A stretch of DNA of 64,000 nt from Methanobacteriota archaeon (GCA_016845365.1 JAERST010000003.1:8961-72960); one strand, 5' to 3'. Shown: positions 1-10,614, numbered from the stretch's first letter. Numbers and translations: made by a program. The notes: generated by a model from the letters alone, not told the origin.

Positions 1-2121
1 GGCGTCGACACAGTATTCGGAGAGACGCCGGAACTGCACGGATTGCTTGGTGTTCACCGCTCGCTCGAGACAGCGGAATCTCTGTTGTTTGAGCAGGCCG
101 TTGGAGTCAGCTCCTCTGAGTCCTGTGCGATTGCCACCCACGCTGCCCGAGCGGTTTTGGATGGGCAAGAGAATACCGACGAGAATGACGCTCTTGCAAT
201 TCCGGCTGGTTTGGCTCCGCTCGTCGAGAGGCTCGGGGCGATGCTCGATGCTGGCGAGATGCACGCCGAGGATCTCGAATTGACTGGACCGGAGCAGCGA
301 CGGCTGGGAGAATTATTCCACGCCGTCGAGCGAACGGACCGAGCGGCGCAGTGCTATCGCCGAGCCCATGAATTGGGTTCAGAGGATGCTGTTGCACTGC
401 GCTCGCTAGCTGCTATTCAGCGCGAGGAGGGAGATGTTGAGGCACTCGACCGCAGCCTCGAGAGACTCCTCGCAATCGACCCTGATGACGTCGAAGTTCT
501 GCAGGAACAAACCCTACTTCTATCCGGAACAGATACCGACAGAGTTGTCCGCAATAAGCGTCGACTTGAGGCACTGGGAATCGATGCTAATCCATCGGCG
601 GCGGAGAATACCATCGCCGATCTTGCAGGCCGAGCGCACGAGACGAGGATGGAGGTTGATCCGATCTCAAGCGAGCCGACAACCGCTGCTGGATGGACCG
701 AGCGGGCTGCAAAATTGATGCTTGTCGGCGAGGTTCAGACCGCCTTAGAATCGGTTGAGAATGCACTCGAATTAGACCAATCCAATCCCGACGCATGGCT
801 GCTTCACGCTCGCCTACTCTCCGCTATGGAAGGCCAAACATCCGAGGCGATACAAAGCGTCCGACGTGCGGTCGCATTGGGAGAATACGGCATTCTTCTC
901 GAGGCGGAGATTCTCGATAATGACGGCCGCCTCGAAGCCGCGCGCGAGGTCTTGCAGAAGCATTTGGAGAAAGATCCAGGCGATGCAGAAGCGCGCGGAA
1001 GACTAGCACTAATCCTTCTCAGGGCAGGCTCTCCAGAGTGGGCGCGCACAGTCCTGAACGAGGCCTCTGAACTCTCTTGGGAGAGCGCTTCCCTGCACGT
1101 CATGGACGGTCGACTACACCTCGAAGAAGCCGAGCAGCACCTCGATTCCACCGGCGTCCACGACGAGATGATTCTACTCCAAGCCCTAACCGCATTCGAT
1201 GAGGCAATTGAGCGGGACCGAGAGGCAGGTCTTGCATGGCTTGGCCGTTCACGCACCCTGCGCTACCAAGGATTCCACGATGAGGCAGAGATCGCAATTG
1301 TCCGAGCGCGACGCCTGATTCCCGAACACCCCTCAATCCCACTTGAGAGCGCTCGCTTATTCACAGAGATGGGCCGATATGACCAGGCCAATACAATGCT
1401 AGCAGAGGCCGCGACCAATCTCCACGACCACGCATCGATTCCCTACGTACGCGGCCTCATCGCAGCCCGCCAAGGAAGAATGGCAGAGGCCCAGAGCATG
1501 TTCACAAAGGTTCTCGAGCGAGACCCCGAACACTCACGCGCTCGCCTCAATCGCTGTTCCTCAGCCCTACTTCGTGAGGACTTGACGACCGCTCTAGACG
1601 ACGCGAACCTCCTCGTTGAGCAACGCCCAGACCTGGACATGGCTCGCCAGCGTAGGGCAGAGATTCTGATGAATCTCGCAGATTGGACAGAGGCTGAAGC
1701 CGAACTTCGCCGCCTCTCCGAGCGCAACCCTCAGCACGTGATGGCGCTCGTCCACCTCGGCACTTGCCTGAATGCGATGGACCGTGCCGAGCAAGCAGAA
1801 ATCCCACTCAACCGAGCCTTGCAAATCAACCCTAATCACTCGGATGCATGGTATCAACGCGGCCTCCTCTACCTTGATTTCGGCCGCCTCGAAGAAGCAT
1901 TCTCCGACTTCAAGAGCGCAGCAGCAGTCGACCCACGACACCTCGATGCCCGCCTTCGAATCGCCGCAATTCTCCACGATGCGGGCGACCCAGCCAAGGC
2001 GATTGCCGCATGGCGCGATGTCCTCGATGTCGACCCAGAGCACAGACTCGCGCGAAGAAGACTCGAGGAATCGCGCGAAAGAGTCGAGTCAACAGCACCC
2101 CGCCTAGAAACGCAGGATTGA
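1..2121 (+). CDS. Tetratricopeptide repeat protein (5'-truncated by window edge)
   Basis: Frame open from base 1; many TPR units (e.g. AWYQRGLLYLDFGRLEEAFSDFKSAAAVDP). Confidence 0.9.
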   Translation, partial: GVDTVFGETPELHGLLGVHRSLETAESLLFEQAVGVSSSESCAIATHAARAVLDGQENTDENDALAIPAGLAPLVERLGAMLDAGEMHAEDLELTGPEQRRLGELFHAVERTDRAAQCYRRAHELGSEDAVALRSLAAIQREEGDVEALDRSLERLLAIDPDDVEVLQEQTLLLSGTDTDRVVRNKRRLEALGIDANPSAAENTIADLAGRAHETRMEVDPISSEPTTAAGWTERAAKLMLVGEVQTALESVENALELDQSNPDAWLLHARLLSAMEGQTSEAIQSVRRAVALGEYGILLEAEILDNDGRLEAAREVLQKHLEKDPGDAEARGRLALILLRAGSPEWARTVLNEASELSWESASLHVMDGRLHLEEAEQHLDSTGVHDEMILLQALTAFDEAIERDREAGLAWLGRSRTLRYQGFHDEAEIAIVRARRLIPEHPSIPLESARLFTEMGRYDQANTMLAEAATNLHDHASIPYVRGLIAARQGRMAEAQSMFTKVLERDPEHSRARLNRCSSALLREDLTTALDDANLLVEQRPDLDMARQRRAEILMNLADWTEAEAELRRLSERNPQHVMALVHLGTCLNAMDRAEQAEIPLNRALQINPNHSDAWYQRGLLYLDFGRLEEAFSDFKSAAAVDPRHLDARLRIAAILHDAGDPAKAIAAWRDVLDVDPEHRLARRRLEESRERVESTAPRLETQD

Positions 2122-2176
2122 ATCACCCGTCCTCAAACACAGGATTGATTCGTCCCTCCGTAGGATTGAATCGGAG

Positions 2177-2749
2177 ATGCCACCTCGTCCCAGCATGCCT
2201 GGACCACGAGGAATCGAACCCGGAGACGCAGCGCCTGACTTCACACTACCAAATGCCAACCGTTCAGCCGGCGCTGAAACCCTCAGTCTCTCCGACGCTT
2301 CCGGCACCGCCGGAACCGTCGTCATGTTCACCTGCAACCACTGCCCATATGTGGTGGGGTCAGAGGAGCGAATAGAGGCGATGGCGAGCAAGGCAAGGGA
2401 CCTTGGAATGGGTTTTGTGGGAATCAATTCGAATGACCCAATCGTCTACGAATCGGACAACTGGGACGCTATGGTCAAGCGCGCGGACAAGGGCATGAGC
2501 TACGCCTACCTCCACGACGAAACCCAAGAAACCGCACACGCTTACGGGGCCGAACGCACACCCGAATTCTACCTGTTAGAGGGAGGCGGCGCGGTGGTTT
2601 ACCGTGGCCGCCTCGACGACTCGCCGCGCAATCCAATGGATGCGACGACGGCTGAACTTGTGGAAGCGATGGACGCACTAGCGGCTGGCGAGTCGATTGC
2701 TAATTCTCGCACCGATTCCATCGGTTGCTCGGTCAAATGGAAGCAGTAG
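2177..2749 (+). CDS. Thioredoxin-like AhpC/TSA (redoxin) family protein
   Basis: APDFTLP, FTCNHCPYV, GINSND, YGAERTPEF, C-terminal GCSVKW. Confidence 0.88.
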   Translation: MPPRPSMPGPRGIEPGDAAPDFTLPNANRSAGAETLSLSDASGTAGTVVMFTCNHCPYVVGSEERIEAMASKARDLGMGFVGINSNDPIVYESDNWDAMVKRADKGMSYAYLHDETQETAHAYGAERTPEFYLLEGGGAVVYRGRLDDSPRNPMDATTAELVEAMDALAAGESIANSRTDSIGCSVKWKQ

Positions 2750-2881
2750 GCTCTCAAAGTTCACTTCTGACACTGCAAATTTTCTACACAGTAAGATCGT
2801 AAGATTTGGGTGACGAGGGTCGACTAAAAGCAAAGCGAGATTGATGGAAATCGGCCGCGAAGCGGACCTCAAATGAACGCT

Positions 2882-2903
2882 GTCGGTCGCAAGAGCGACC
2901 GAC
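2882..2903. terminator. Hairpin between convergent genes, possible terminator
   Basis: Perfect 9-bp stem GTCGGTCGC-AAGA-GCGACCGAC. Confidence 0.4.
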
Positions 2904-2926
2904 TCTATCGACCAGAGGAACAACAA

Positions 2927-3349
2927 CTAGTATTGTTCCAAGACTAACTCAGTTTGAGTCGATGTGATGTCACCGGGAGCGGTGAGCCACATTCGGTCGA
3001 GAAGATCGCGAAGCGCGACCGTATCATCGACGTGAACGATTCCAATCAAGTCGGCGTCGCCAGAAATCTCGTAGACGCACTCGACGCCGGTCCATCCAGC
3101 GAACTCTCCAGCGAGGCTACCAATCTCAGTTCCAGGTCCAACCTTGATGCGAACAAGAGCGGTCAAACCGATGCCAGCCTCGCGAATTGTATACCCGCGC
3201 ACAACGCCTTCTTCCTCCATGCGCTTCATGCGTGTGCGCACGGTTCGCTCGGTAACCCCGACCTGTTTTGCAATCTCTACGAAGGGGGCTCTGGCGGACT
3301 CGCGGAGTACGGCGAGGATCGATCGGTCAAGGGAGTCTACGGCAACCAT
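2927..3349 (-). CDS. Lrp/AsnC family transcriptional regulator
   Basis: LDRSILAVLRESARAPFVEIAKQVGVTERTVRTRMKRM HTH plus C-terminal RAM domain (YEISGDADL). Confidence 0.93.
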   Translation of the reverse strand: MVAVDSLDRSILAVLRESARAPFVEIAKQVGVTERTVRTRMKRMEEEGVVRGYTIREAGIGLTALVRIKVGPGTEIGSLAGEFAGWTGVECVYEISGDADLIGIVHVDDTVALRDLLDRMWLTAPGDITSTQTELVLEQY

Positions 3350-3492
3350 GCGGCCTTCCGATTTTGGAACCCTATTTGTATGTTAGGTGCTAATTGTCAC
3401 AAATTTGCATCAATATTTTTTCCGGATTTCGGATAATTTCTTTGTTAAATGTCGAAGTTGCATTCAAATGGGACGCCGTTCCGTTCGTATCG

Positions 3493-3927
3493 ATGGGCGC
3501 GGATGAGGGGTACACTCAGCTGAAGGTCCAGCAGTATCTGGATGACGTCTCTAGGCTCGACATTTCCGCCGATCAAACCCAATGGTACAACGTCGACGTG
3601 GCGAACGTGCTCTCTGGAACTCGAATACTCGGTCACGAGGTCGACGAGCACTCGGGCTCGTCGCTTCTTTTTCTTGAGCGGAGCGTGATGCTTTGCTGTC
3701 CCGAGTCCGGTAGGATGCATCATTTTCCGAAGCATTTGTTGCATTGTTTTGTAGATGATAATCGAACGAAATGCGACGCGCCGGATGGCGTATTGGTGCG
3801 CGCAGAGTTGTTCTCGATTACGCCGAACGGCGAGCAACTCGCATGGGAGCGCTGTTGCCGGTCTGAGATGGAAGTGCCCGGCGTTCAGAATGCGGTTGCT
3901 CGCTGGCTATCTTGGTTGAATGCCTGA
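3493..3927 (+). CDS. Hypothetical protein
   Basis: Fills the gap, divergent from Lrp gene behind an AT-rich promoter region; no recognisable motif. Confidence 0.65.
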   Translation: MGADEGYTQLKVQQYLDDVSRLDISADQTQWYNVDVANVLSGTRILGHEVDEHSGSSLLFLERSVMLCCPESGRMHHFPKHLLHCFVDDNRTKCDAPDGVLVRAELFSITPNGEQLAWERCCRSEMEVPGVQNAVARWLSWLNA

Positions 3928-4011
3928 AGCGGTGCCTCGATTGGACGGGAGACTGCACTTCGGCGGCTGCGCGGCGGTATCTTGAGAAGGCGCCCGCCGG
4001 TCGCCGGTTCA

Positions 4012-5262
4012 ATGGGTACTCGCATCTCGCGCGTGCACGGTCGGATGGTTCTCGATTCGCGAGGTAATCCGACCGTAGAGGTCGATTGTCTGACTGAGGG
4101 CGGTGTGCTTGGACGGGCGATGGTCCCCTCCGGCGCTAGTACTGGAAGACACGAAGCGGTCGAGCTTCGTGATGGTGGTGAGCGCTGGGTCGGAAAGGGA
4201 GTCGATGGTGCGGTCGCCAATGTGAATGGGGCGATTGCAGAGGCTCTGATTGGCATGGATTCGGCCAACCAAGGCGCTGTTGACGCTGCTATGTTGGCGC
4301 TTGATTCCACCGCGAATAAGGGTGAAATTGGTGCAAATGCGATGCTCGGTGTATCGATGGCTTGCTTGCGGGCGAGTGTTGGCGGCGGCGAGATTTGGCG
4401 ACATTTGGCAGCGGGCGGTGATGGCTCAACGAGTCTGCCGGTGCCGCTGATGAACATCCTCAATGGTGGAGCGCACGCAAACTCGAATGTCGATGTGCAG
4501 GAATTCATGGTGGTTCCTCACGGCTTCGATTCTTTCCCGGAGGCGCTTCGCGCGGGTGTGGAAATCTACCACTCGCTACGAGCCGTGCTGAAGGAGGCCG
4601 GTCTGCTTGGTGGGGTTGGAGACGAGGGAGGATTCGCTCCGAACTTGCCACGAAATGAGGAGGGTCTTCGCTTCGTGGTCGATGCGATTACCGGTGCGGG
4701 GTATGCGCCTGGTGAGCAAGTTTCGATTGCACTCGATGTTGCGAGCCAGGAATTTCTCCACGAGGATGGTTACCATATCGACGGGGGCGTGTTGAGTGGT
4801 TCCGAGTTGGGGCGATTGTACTCCTCGTGGTTGGATGATTACCCGATTGTGTCGATCGAGGACCCATTCGGCGAGGATGATTGGGACTCTTGGATTGAGT
4901 TTACTCAGCGAGAGGGGCACCGAGTGCAAGTCGTTGGGGATGACCTCTATGTGACCAACCCCGAGCGCTTGGCGAAGGGAATTGAGATTGGCGCATCGAA
5001 TGCGATTCTAATCAAACTCAATCAGATTGGAACGGTCACCGAGACTCTCGAGGTCATTGCAATGGCCAAGGCTGCTGGCTTTGGTACAATCATCTCTCAC
5101 CGCTCGGGAGAGACGGCTGATTCGATCATCTCCGACATCGCTGTTGGAACTGACGCGGGACAAATCAAGACGGGCGCACCAGCCCGCTCAGACCGCACGG
5201 CCAAGTACAATCAACTTCTCAGAATAGCCGAGCAGTGCAGCGATTACGCGCAAATATTCTGA
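4012..5262 (+). CDS. eno: Enolase (phosphopyruvate hydratase)
   Basis: [54 protein letters not shown]. Confidence 0.98.
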   Translation: MGTRISRVHGRMVLDSRGNPTVEVDCLTEGGVLGRAMVPSGASTGRHEAVELRDGGERWVGKGVDGAVANVNGAIAEALIGMDSANQGAVDAAMLALDSTANKGEIGANAMLGVSMACLRASVGGGEIWRHLAAGGDGSTSLPVPLMNILNGGAHANSNVDVQEFMVVPHGFDSFPEALRAGVEIYHSLRAVLKEAGLLGGVGDEGGFAPNLPRNEEGLRFVVDAITGAGYAPGEQVSIALDVASQEFLHEDGYHIDGGVLSGSELGRLYSSWLDDYPIVSIEDPFGEDDWDSWIEFTQREGHRVQVVGDDLYVTNPERLAKGIEIGASNAILIKLNQIGTVTETLEVIAMAKAAGFGTIISHRSGETADSIISDIAVGTDAGQIKTGAPARSDRTAKYNQLLRIAEQCSDYAQIF

Positions 5263-5283
5263 GTTGGACAAACCTTAGCAGGC

Positions 5284-6234
5284 TTAACTCTCTAGGCTTG
5301 CGAGAAGCAAGGGAAGAACGATTGTTGCATCGGACTCGATGACGAATCGAGGTGTATCGAGTCCGAGTTTTCCCCAACTAATTTTCTCATTTGGCGGCGC
5401 GCCCGAGTAACCTCCGTACGACGGGCGCGACTCAGAAATCTGAGCAAACCAAGCCCACAACGGAACTTCTTCTCCGACATCTTGGCGCAGCATCGGAACG
5501 ACACAAATCGCGAAGTCGCCAGCGATGCCGCCGCCAACCTGCAGAATGCCGGTTGGTGAATCATCCTCGCGATACCAATCAGCAAGGGCCTGCATCGCAT
5601 GCAGTCCGCCCTTGACAATGTCCGCGCTCTGAATCGTACAATCAATTACGCGCGAGACCAAGATATTGCCCAGAGTCGAGTCCTCCCAGCCTGGGACAAA
5701 GATTGGCAGGTTAGCATCAGCGGCAGCCAACAACCAGGAATCGTTTGAGTCCGAATCGAATTCAAGCTCCCCGTGAAGCAATAGATCGTAGAGATATTCG
5801 TGTGGATAGCGCTTGTCACCGGCCGCCTCAGCATCCTTCCACAGTTGCAGTAAAGGCTTCTCGATGTAGCGAATTGCCTCCTCTTCTGGTATTGCAACAT
5901 CTGTCACTCGATTCATCCCGCGCTCGGCCAAATCAGCATCAGCCTGAGCGCTCCAGTCACGCCAATCATCAACCCGCTCATACGAGGAATCCGCCACCAA
6001 TCGGAACAAATCCTCCTCCAAATTCGCCCCAGTACAACAAATCGCATGCACTTTCTGAGCACGTATCGCCGGCGCCAAAGAGCGACCGATACCGGCAGTC
6101 GACATGGCCCCTGCCAAGGTCACGATTAGACGTCCGTCACCACCGAGGAAACCGTTCAGGGACTCTGCACAATCGGCCAACGCACCTGCATTGAAGTGAT
6201 GGTAATGGCGCTGAATAAATTCACGAATCGCCAT
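5284..6234 (-). CDS. Deoxyhypusine synthase family protein (bacterial SpeY-like type)
   Basis: TLAGAMSTAG, CTGANLEED, GGGIAGDF, YGGYSGAPPNEKISWGK with catalytic Lys. Confidence 0.9.
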   Translation of the reverse strand: MAIREFIQRHYHHFNAGALADCAESLNGFLGGDGRLIVTLAGAMSTAGIGRSLAPAIRAQKVHAICCTGANLEEDLFRLVADSSYERVDDWRDWSAQADADLAERGMNRVTDVAIPEEEAIRYIEKPLLQLWKDAEAAGDKRYPHEYLYDLLLHGELEFDSDSNDSWLLAAADANLPIFVPGWEDSTLGNILVSRVIDCTIQSADIVKGGLHAMQALADWYREDDSPTGILQVGGGIAGDFAICVVPMLRQDVGEEVPLWAWFAQISESRPSYGGYSGAPPNEKISWGKLGLDTPRFVIESDATIVLPLLLASLES

Positions 6235-6237
6235 GAT

Positions 6238-6639
6238 TCAAGCCTCCTCTCTGCCCTCGAGATCACGGTGAAGGAACCTCTCGACAACCTCGCGGCGCAT
6301 CTGAATCAAACCATCCATCGCGCCGCGCAGAGCCTCATCCAAAGCATCTGAAACAATCTCAGGGTCGCTCCCGCCACAGGTGAAGGAATCGATGGCCAGC
6401 CAGCCATTATCGTAGTAGCAATGAGCGCTGATGTGGCTCTCATCAAGAAGCACGACGGCAGCAAATCCAGTCGGCGAAACGCTGCCGTCGAATTCCTCGA
6501 CATGCGAATGCACAATCCGCACACCAGCAGCATTCGCAGCCTCGACCATTCGCTCGAGCATCCAGCCCCCGTCGTGCACACCGTTGCGGTGGTAACCGGT
6601 GTAGTCGACGTAGACGTGCTTGCCGTGAGAGCGAGTCAT
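6238..6639 (-). CDS. speD: Pyruvoyl-dependent S-adenosylmethionine decarboxylase family proenzyme (substrate unverified)
   Basis: HGKHV, VVLLDE-SHISAH autocleavage motif, IDSFTCG. Confidence 0.85.
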   Translation of the reverse strand: MTRSHGKHVYVDYTGYHRNGVHDGGWMLERMVEAANAAGVRIVHSHVEEFDGSVSPTGFAAVVLLDESHISAHCYYDNGWLAIDSFTCGGSDPEIVSDALDEALRGAMDGLIQMRREVVERFLHRDLEGREEA

Positions 6640-6743
6640 CAAACAACCTCGAACGAGTCTGCTCGGTGCTAGTCCCGATTTCAATGATTCTCAGGCCACG
6701 CGCAAGGGCGCTCGCCAAAAATCAAGCCCGCAGCGCGCTGATT

Positions 6744-7874
6744 TCAGCAAAGCCAAGCCTTCAGTCGACGCAATCCCTCGTGGATTACTTCTTCATCGGC
6801 GGCGTACGAAATCCGCACGAATCCCTCGCCGCCAGCAATCAAACTCGCTGGAATCAATTGCACTCCAGCCGCCAGCGCTCCATCGGCAAATTCGACATCG
6901 GTCATGCCGGTTCCCGTGACGTCGACAAAGGCGTAGAATGCCCCCTCAGACTCGCCAACGCGCAAACCGGGAATCTCGGACAAACCCTCCAAGACAATCT
7001 CGCGTCGCTTCTGGTACTCTGCGTTGAATCGATCGACTGCGTCGTCGCACGATAGGGCGACGCGCGCGGCTTCCATGAGGAAAGTCGGGATGTGGGAAGC
7101 CGAGTTTGCTTGAGATTTGATTGCAGCTTTCATCGCATCGGGCGGTCCTGCGAGGAAGCCGATGCGCATACCGGTCATCGCCCATGATTTCGACCAGCCG
7201 TTGACGATGAGCGTTCGTTCGGCGCCGCCGGGAATGGTTGCAGGAGAGACGTGAGGGTAGTCCATCCAATTCAGGCGGGCGTAGATTTCGTCTGAGACAA
7301 TCCACAGGTCGTGTTCGACCGCGATTTCGACAATTTCACGAATCTCTTCGGGAGTGTAAACCGCGCCTGTCGGGTTGCAGGGGGAGTTGAGTAGTATCAT
7401 CCGGGTCTTGTCGGTGATCGCGGCGCGGATGGCATCCAAATCAGGATGGAAATTGTCCCGGCGAACGGGCACGTTCACCGGCACCGCTCCGATGAGATTG
7501 AGCATCGGTTCGTAACTCGCCCACGATGGTGCGAGAAGAATCGCCTCATCGCCTGGCATCGTGGTTACCATGAATGAGTAGAGCAATGCTTGCTTTGCTC
7601 CAGGTGTAATCACCACATCCTCGGCGCTCACCTCAACATCGTGATGTCGAGCCAAATACTCGGCCACGGCTTGACACAAATCCATCGCGCCCGGGCCGCG
7701 CGTATACTTCGTATTCCCAGCCTCAAGACCGGCAACTGCAGCATCGATTACCTCGCGCGGCGTATCAAATCCAGGTTCACCCACAGTCCAGCGAACGACC
7801 TCAGGACCAGGGGGTTGCAGGTATGGTGCGAAGCCCACACCCAGCCCATCGTAGCGCGAAGCGATGCGTGGCAC
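6744..7874 (-). CDS. PLP-dependent class I/II aminotransferase (aspartate aminotransferase-like)
   Basis: GEPGFDTP, NSPCNPTG, SDEIY, SKSWAMTGMRIG. Confidence 0.93.
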   Translation of the reverse strand: MPRIASRYDGLGVGFAPYLQPPGPEVVRWTVGEPGFDTPREVIDAAVAGLEAGNTKYTRGPGAMDLCQAVAEYLARHHDVEVSAEDVVITPGAKQALLYSFMVTTMPGDEAILLAPSWASYEPMLNLIGAVPVNVPVRRDNFHPDLDAIRAAITDKTRMILLNSPCNPTGAVYTPEEIREIVEIAVEHDLWIVSDEIYARLNWMDYPHVSPATIPGGAERTLIVNGWSKSWAMTGMRIGFLAGPPDAMKAAIKSQANSASHIPTFLMEAARVALSCDDAVDRFNAEYQKRREIVLEGLSEIPGLRVGESEGAFYAFVDVTGTGMTDVEFADGALAAGVQLIPASLIAGGEGFVRISYAADEEVIHEGLRRLKAWLC

Positions 7875-8055
7875 GGCGGGGAGCGGATGACGACCGGCCT
7901 TGAACGTATGCGGGCGTGAGGGTGAGGGAGCCTGAGCTGGTTATGCGAGCAGGAGGATGCACAGCCGTGAACTGGTTAGGTCCACGAGCGGAGGAACTCG
8001 GCTCAACTGCACTCCGAACATTCTTCAAGTGGGGGTCGGGGGTCGCCAATCCACA

Positions 8056-8129
8056 GCACGAGTGGCAGAGCAGCTATGCAACGGACTGCAGATCCGTGGA
8101 CCCGGGTGCAAATCCCGGCTTGTGCTCCA
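8056..8129 (+). tRNA. tRNA-Cys (GCA)
   Basis: Acceptor GCACGAG/CTTGTGC, anticodon arm ACGGA-CTGCAGA-TCCGT, T arm CCGGG-TGCAAAT-CCCGG, U73 discriminator, encoded CCA. Confidence 0.95.
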
Positions 8130-8163
8130 ATTTTACTGCGAATCAGCGGTAGCGTTCGGGCTC

Positions 8164-9111
8164 CTAAATGGGAAATGCTTCCTCGTCGATATTTCCTCCT
8201 GAGAGGATTAGTCCGACGCTACCGATGCCGCTCAGTGCGCTGAATTCCGGTTGCAGCACGGCGGCCAGAACAGTTGCTGATGATGGTTCTACGACGATGT
8301 CGAGGTGCTCTTTGATGAGCGACATCGCGGCGAGGACATCTTCGTCCGAGACGGTGATGATGTCCTCGAGATGCTCGGACAGAATTCCAAATGTCAAGTC
8401 CGAGAGGGATGTTAGCAGACCATCGCAGATGGTGTCTGGGCCGGTCTGCGGAATCAATTTGCCCGCGGCGAGCGAGCGCGCCGCGTCGTCCGCGCCCTTC
8501 GGCTCAGCCCCGAAGATACGGGCCTGTGGAAGCAGGGCGCGAGTTGTGATACTGCTTCCTGAGAGAAGGCCACCGCCGCCGATTGGGGCGATGATTGCAT
8601 CGAGCGGCCCCGCTGCATCGATCAATTCGAGGGCCGCGGTGCCTTGTCCTGCGACGACGTGAGGGTTGTCGAACGGGTGCACAAATGTCGCCCCGGTTCT
8701 CTCCATTACCGCCGCCGCGGCTCTCTCCCGAGCCTCCAAGGTCGGCTCGCAAAAAGTGATCTCAGCCCCATGGCTACGTACACCTTCGACTTTGACGCGC
8801 GGCGCAGTCTCAGGCATCACGATGTAGGCTGGAACGCCGCGCTGCTTGGCTGCGAGGGCGATGGCTTGGGCATGATTTCCGCTTGAATGAGTACAGATTC
8901 CGCGCTCGGCCAGCACGCCCAAGAGCGCCACAGCATTGCTTGCCCCGCGAAATTTGAAGGCGCCGACATGCTGCAGATTTTCGCATTTGAAGAATAAGCG
9001 CCGGCCTGCCAATGAATCGAGAGCCAGCGAGGTCAGGACAGGAGTTCGGGCAACTAGGCCCTCGATCCGAGCCGCGGCCGCACGGACATTCTCAAATTCG
9101 ACGGCCGCCAT
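8164..9111 (-). CDS. PLP-dependent serine racemase / threonine-serine dehydratase family protein
   Basis: FKCENLQHVGAFKFRGA, THSSGNHAQA, PIGGGGL, LSGGN. Confidence 0.9.
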   Translation of the reverse strand: MAAVEFENVRAAAARIEGLVARTPVLTSLALDSLAGRRLFFKCENLQHVGAFKFRGASNAVALLGVLAERGICTHSSGNHAQAIALAAKQRGVPAYIVMPETAPRVKVEGVRSHGAEITFCEPTLEARERAAAAVMERTGATFVHPFDNPHVVAGQGTAALELIDAAGPLDAIIAPIGGGGLLSGSSITTRALLPQARIFGAEPKGADDAARSLAAGKLIPQTGPDTICDGLLTSLSDLTFGILSEHLEDIITVSDEDVLAAMSLIKEHLDIVVEPSSATVLAAVLQPEFSALSGIGSVGLILSGGNIDEEAFPI

Positions 9112-9213
9112 CTTCCCTCATCCCGTCGAAGGAGCCACAGGGCATCACTTCTGCGGCGACATCAACCATCGTGCGGCGGCGTGTTCAAGCCGGATGCGCG
9201 CCTCGACAAACCG

Positions 9214-9639
9214 ATGACGGAATCCTATCCCGACTTCACAGTCCATGCCGTCATCGGTTCAATCCTCATCCTCGATGCGGTAATTCTCGGCTTTGCCCCA
9301 GCCGGCCCGTGGGATTCTCCTTCGTTCACCCTTGGAATAATCGGCATGGCCGGCTTAGGTTTCTGGTACGTGGCTTGGTATCGATTCACCTTCAGCCGAA
9401 AGGGGCTCATCCCGTGGATAGACCGATGGCAAGACCCTCATGGCTCCTCGCGAAAAGTCCTCGCAGCAGGTGTCGGAACCCTCGCGCTATCATGGGTCGC
9501 AGGAAATCCCGCCCAACCTCATTTACCAGACCCAACCGGACTAGTTCTGATGCTAATCGGCCTACTGATTTCTCTCTCCGGAATCTACGCAATGCTCGCA
9601 AGCGGCCCCCTCGCAGATTCTCCCGAAGAAGCCGAGTGA
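9214..9639 (+). CDS. Hypothetical membrane protein (about 4 TM)
   Basis: Four hydrophobic segments; fills gap. Confidence 0.75.
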   Translation: MTESYPDFTVHAVIGSILILDAVILGFAPAGPWDSPSFTLGIIGMAGLGFWYVAWYRFTFSRKGLIPWIDRWQDPHGSSRKVLAAGVGTLALSWVAGNPAQPHLPDPTGLVLMLIGLLISLSGIYAMLASGPLADSPEEAE

Positions 9640-9698
9640 AGCGGCTGAAATGACCGAGTAAAGCAGCTGAAGAACGAAGCTGACCAACCAGAAACAGC

Positions 9699-10238
9699 CT
9701 ATCTGTTGCCCGGTTTCCAAAATTGCAAGGGCAAAGGATCCTCGCCCGACATCGCCCTGAAAGCCAGATGGTCCGCCCTCTCATTCCAGCGATGACCTCG
9801 GTGTGCACGAACGTGCTCACCGACCAATTCGCAGACTCCAGCAACCTCGCGCCAAAGTGACTGAACCCGCTCAGCCAAGGCGCGATTCTTCTTCGCCCGC
9901 CATTCACCAGAAGCAATATTCAGCGCGTATTGAGAATCGGCGCGAATCACAACTTTGCCCTCGCGCGCCGTCTCAAGCACCCACCGCAGAGCATGCGCAA
10001 TAGCACTCAGCTCTGCGGTATTATTCGAGCCGACCTCAGCCCCAATGAATCCGGCTCGCCCCGAGTCGGTAACCACAGGACCACTCGACTCGTGGACCAC
10101 ATCACCCCGTCCTCGTCCAAGCCCAGTATCCCCGACCACGACAGCGAAGCCCCACCCAGCAGGGGTTGCGGAGGTGACGTTTCGGTTCTCTTCACACGAG
10201 CCATCCACGTAGATGTGGACCGCCGACAAATCACTCAC
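9699..10238 (-). CDS. rnhA: Ribonuclease HI
   Basis: IYVDGS, SNNTAEL, DSQY, HVRAHRGHRWNERADHLA. Confidence 0.93.
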   Translation of the reverse strand: MSDLSAVHIYVDGSCEENRNVTSATPAGWGFAVVVGDTGLGRGRGDVVHESSGPVVTDSGRAGFIGAEVGSNNTAELSAIAHALRWVLETAREGKVVIRADSQYALNIASGEWRAKKNRALAERVQSLWREVAGVCELVGEHVRAHRGHRWNERADHLAFRAMSGEDPLPLQFWKPGNR

Positions 10239-10614
10239 CGATTAGGGCAGAATAAGCAGCGGCGTCCAACAAACCGTCCAACTGCGAAGCATCCCCAACC
10301 GACATCTTCCAAATCCATCCCTCACCGTAAGGGTCCTGATTGATCTGCTCGGGAGCGTCTTCCAGAGCCTCGTTGACCTCGGTAATTTCTCCGGCGATCG
10401 GAGCGTAAATCTCGCTCACCGATTTTACTGACTCAACGCTTCCACACGATTCCGTCTCAGCGACTGCAGCTCCTTCTTCGGGAAGTTCGACCCAAACCAC
10501 GTCCGTCAGGGCATCCTGTGCGAAATCCGTGACTCCAATGGTCGCTGAATCTCCTTCGATTCGAACCCATTCGTGTTCTGCCGTGTATCGTAGGTCAGAG
10601 GGCACCTCGCTCAT
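10231..10614 (-). CDS. gcvH: Glycine cleavage system H protein
   Basis: LRYTAEHEWV, GVTDFAQ, VESVKSVSE lipoyl-Lys motif, DPYGEGW. Confidence 0.97.
   Translation of the reverse strand: MSEVPSDLRYTAEHEWVRIEGDSATIGVTDFAQDALTDVVWVELPEEGAAVAETESCGSVESVKSVSEIYAPIAGEITEVNEALEDAPEQINQDPYGEGWIWKMSVGDASQLDGLLDAAAYSALIGE

Noticed and set aside
7905..8020. Possible small RNA or 5S rRNA upstream of tRNA-Cys
   Set aside because: No 5S, C/D or H/ACA signature; partly explained by two divergent promoters
8040..8170. tRNA-anchored integrated element
   Set aside because: No duplicated tRNA 3' end or integrase seen; flanking genes are housekeeping
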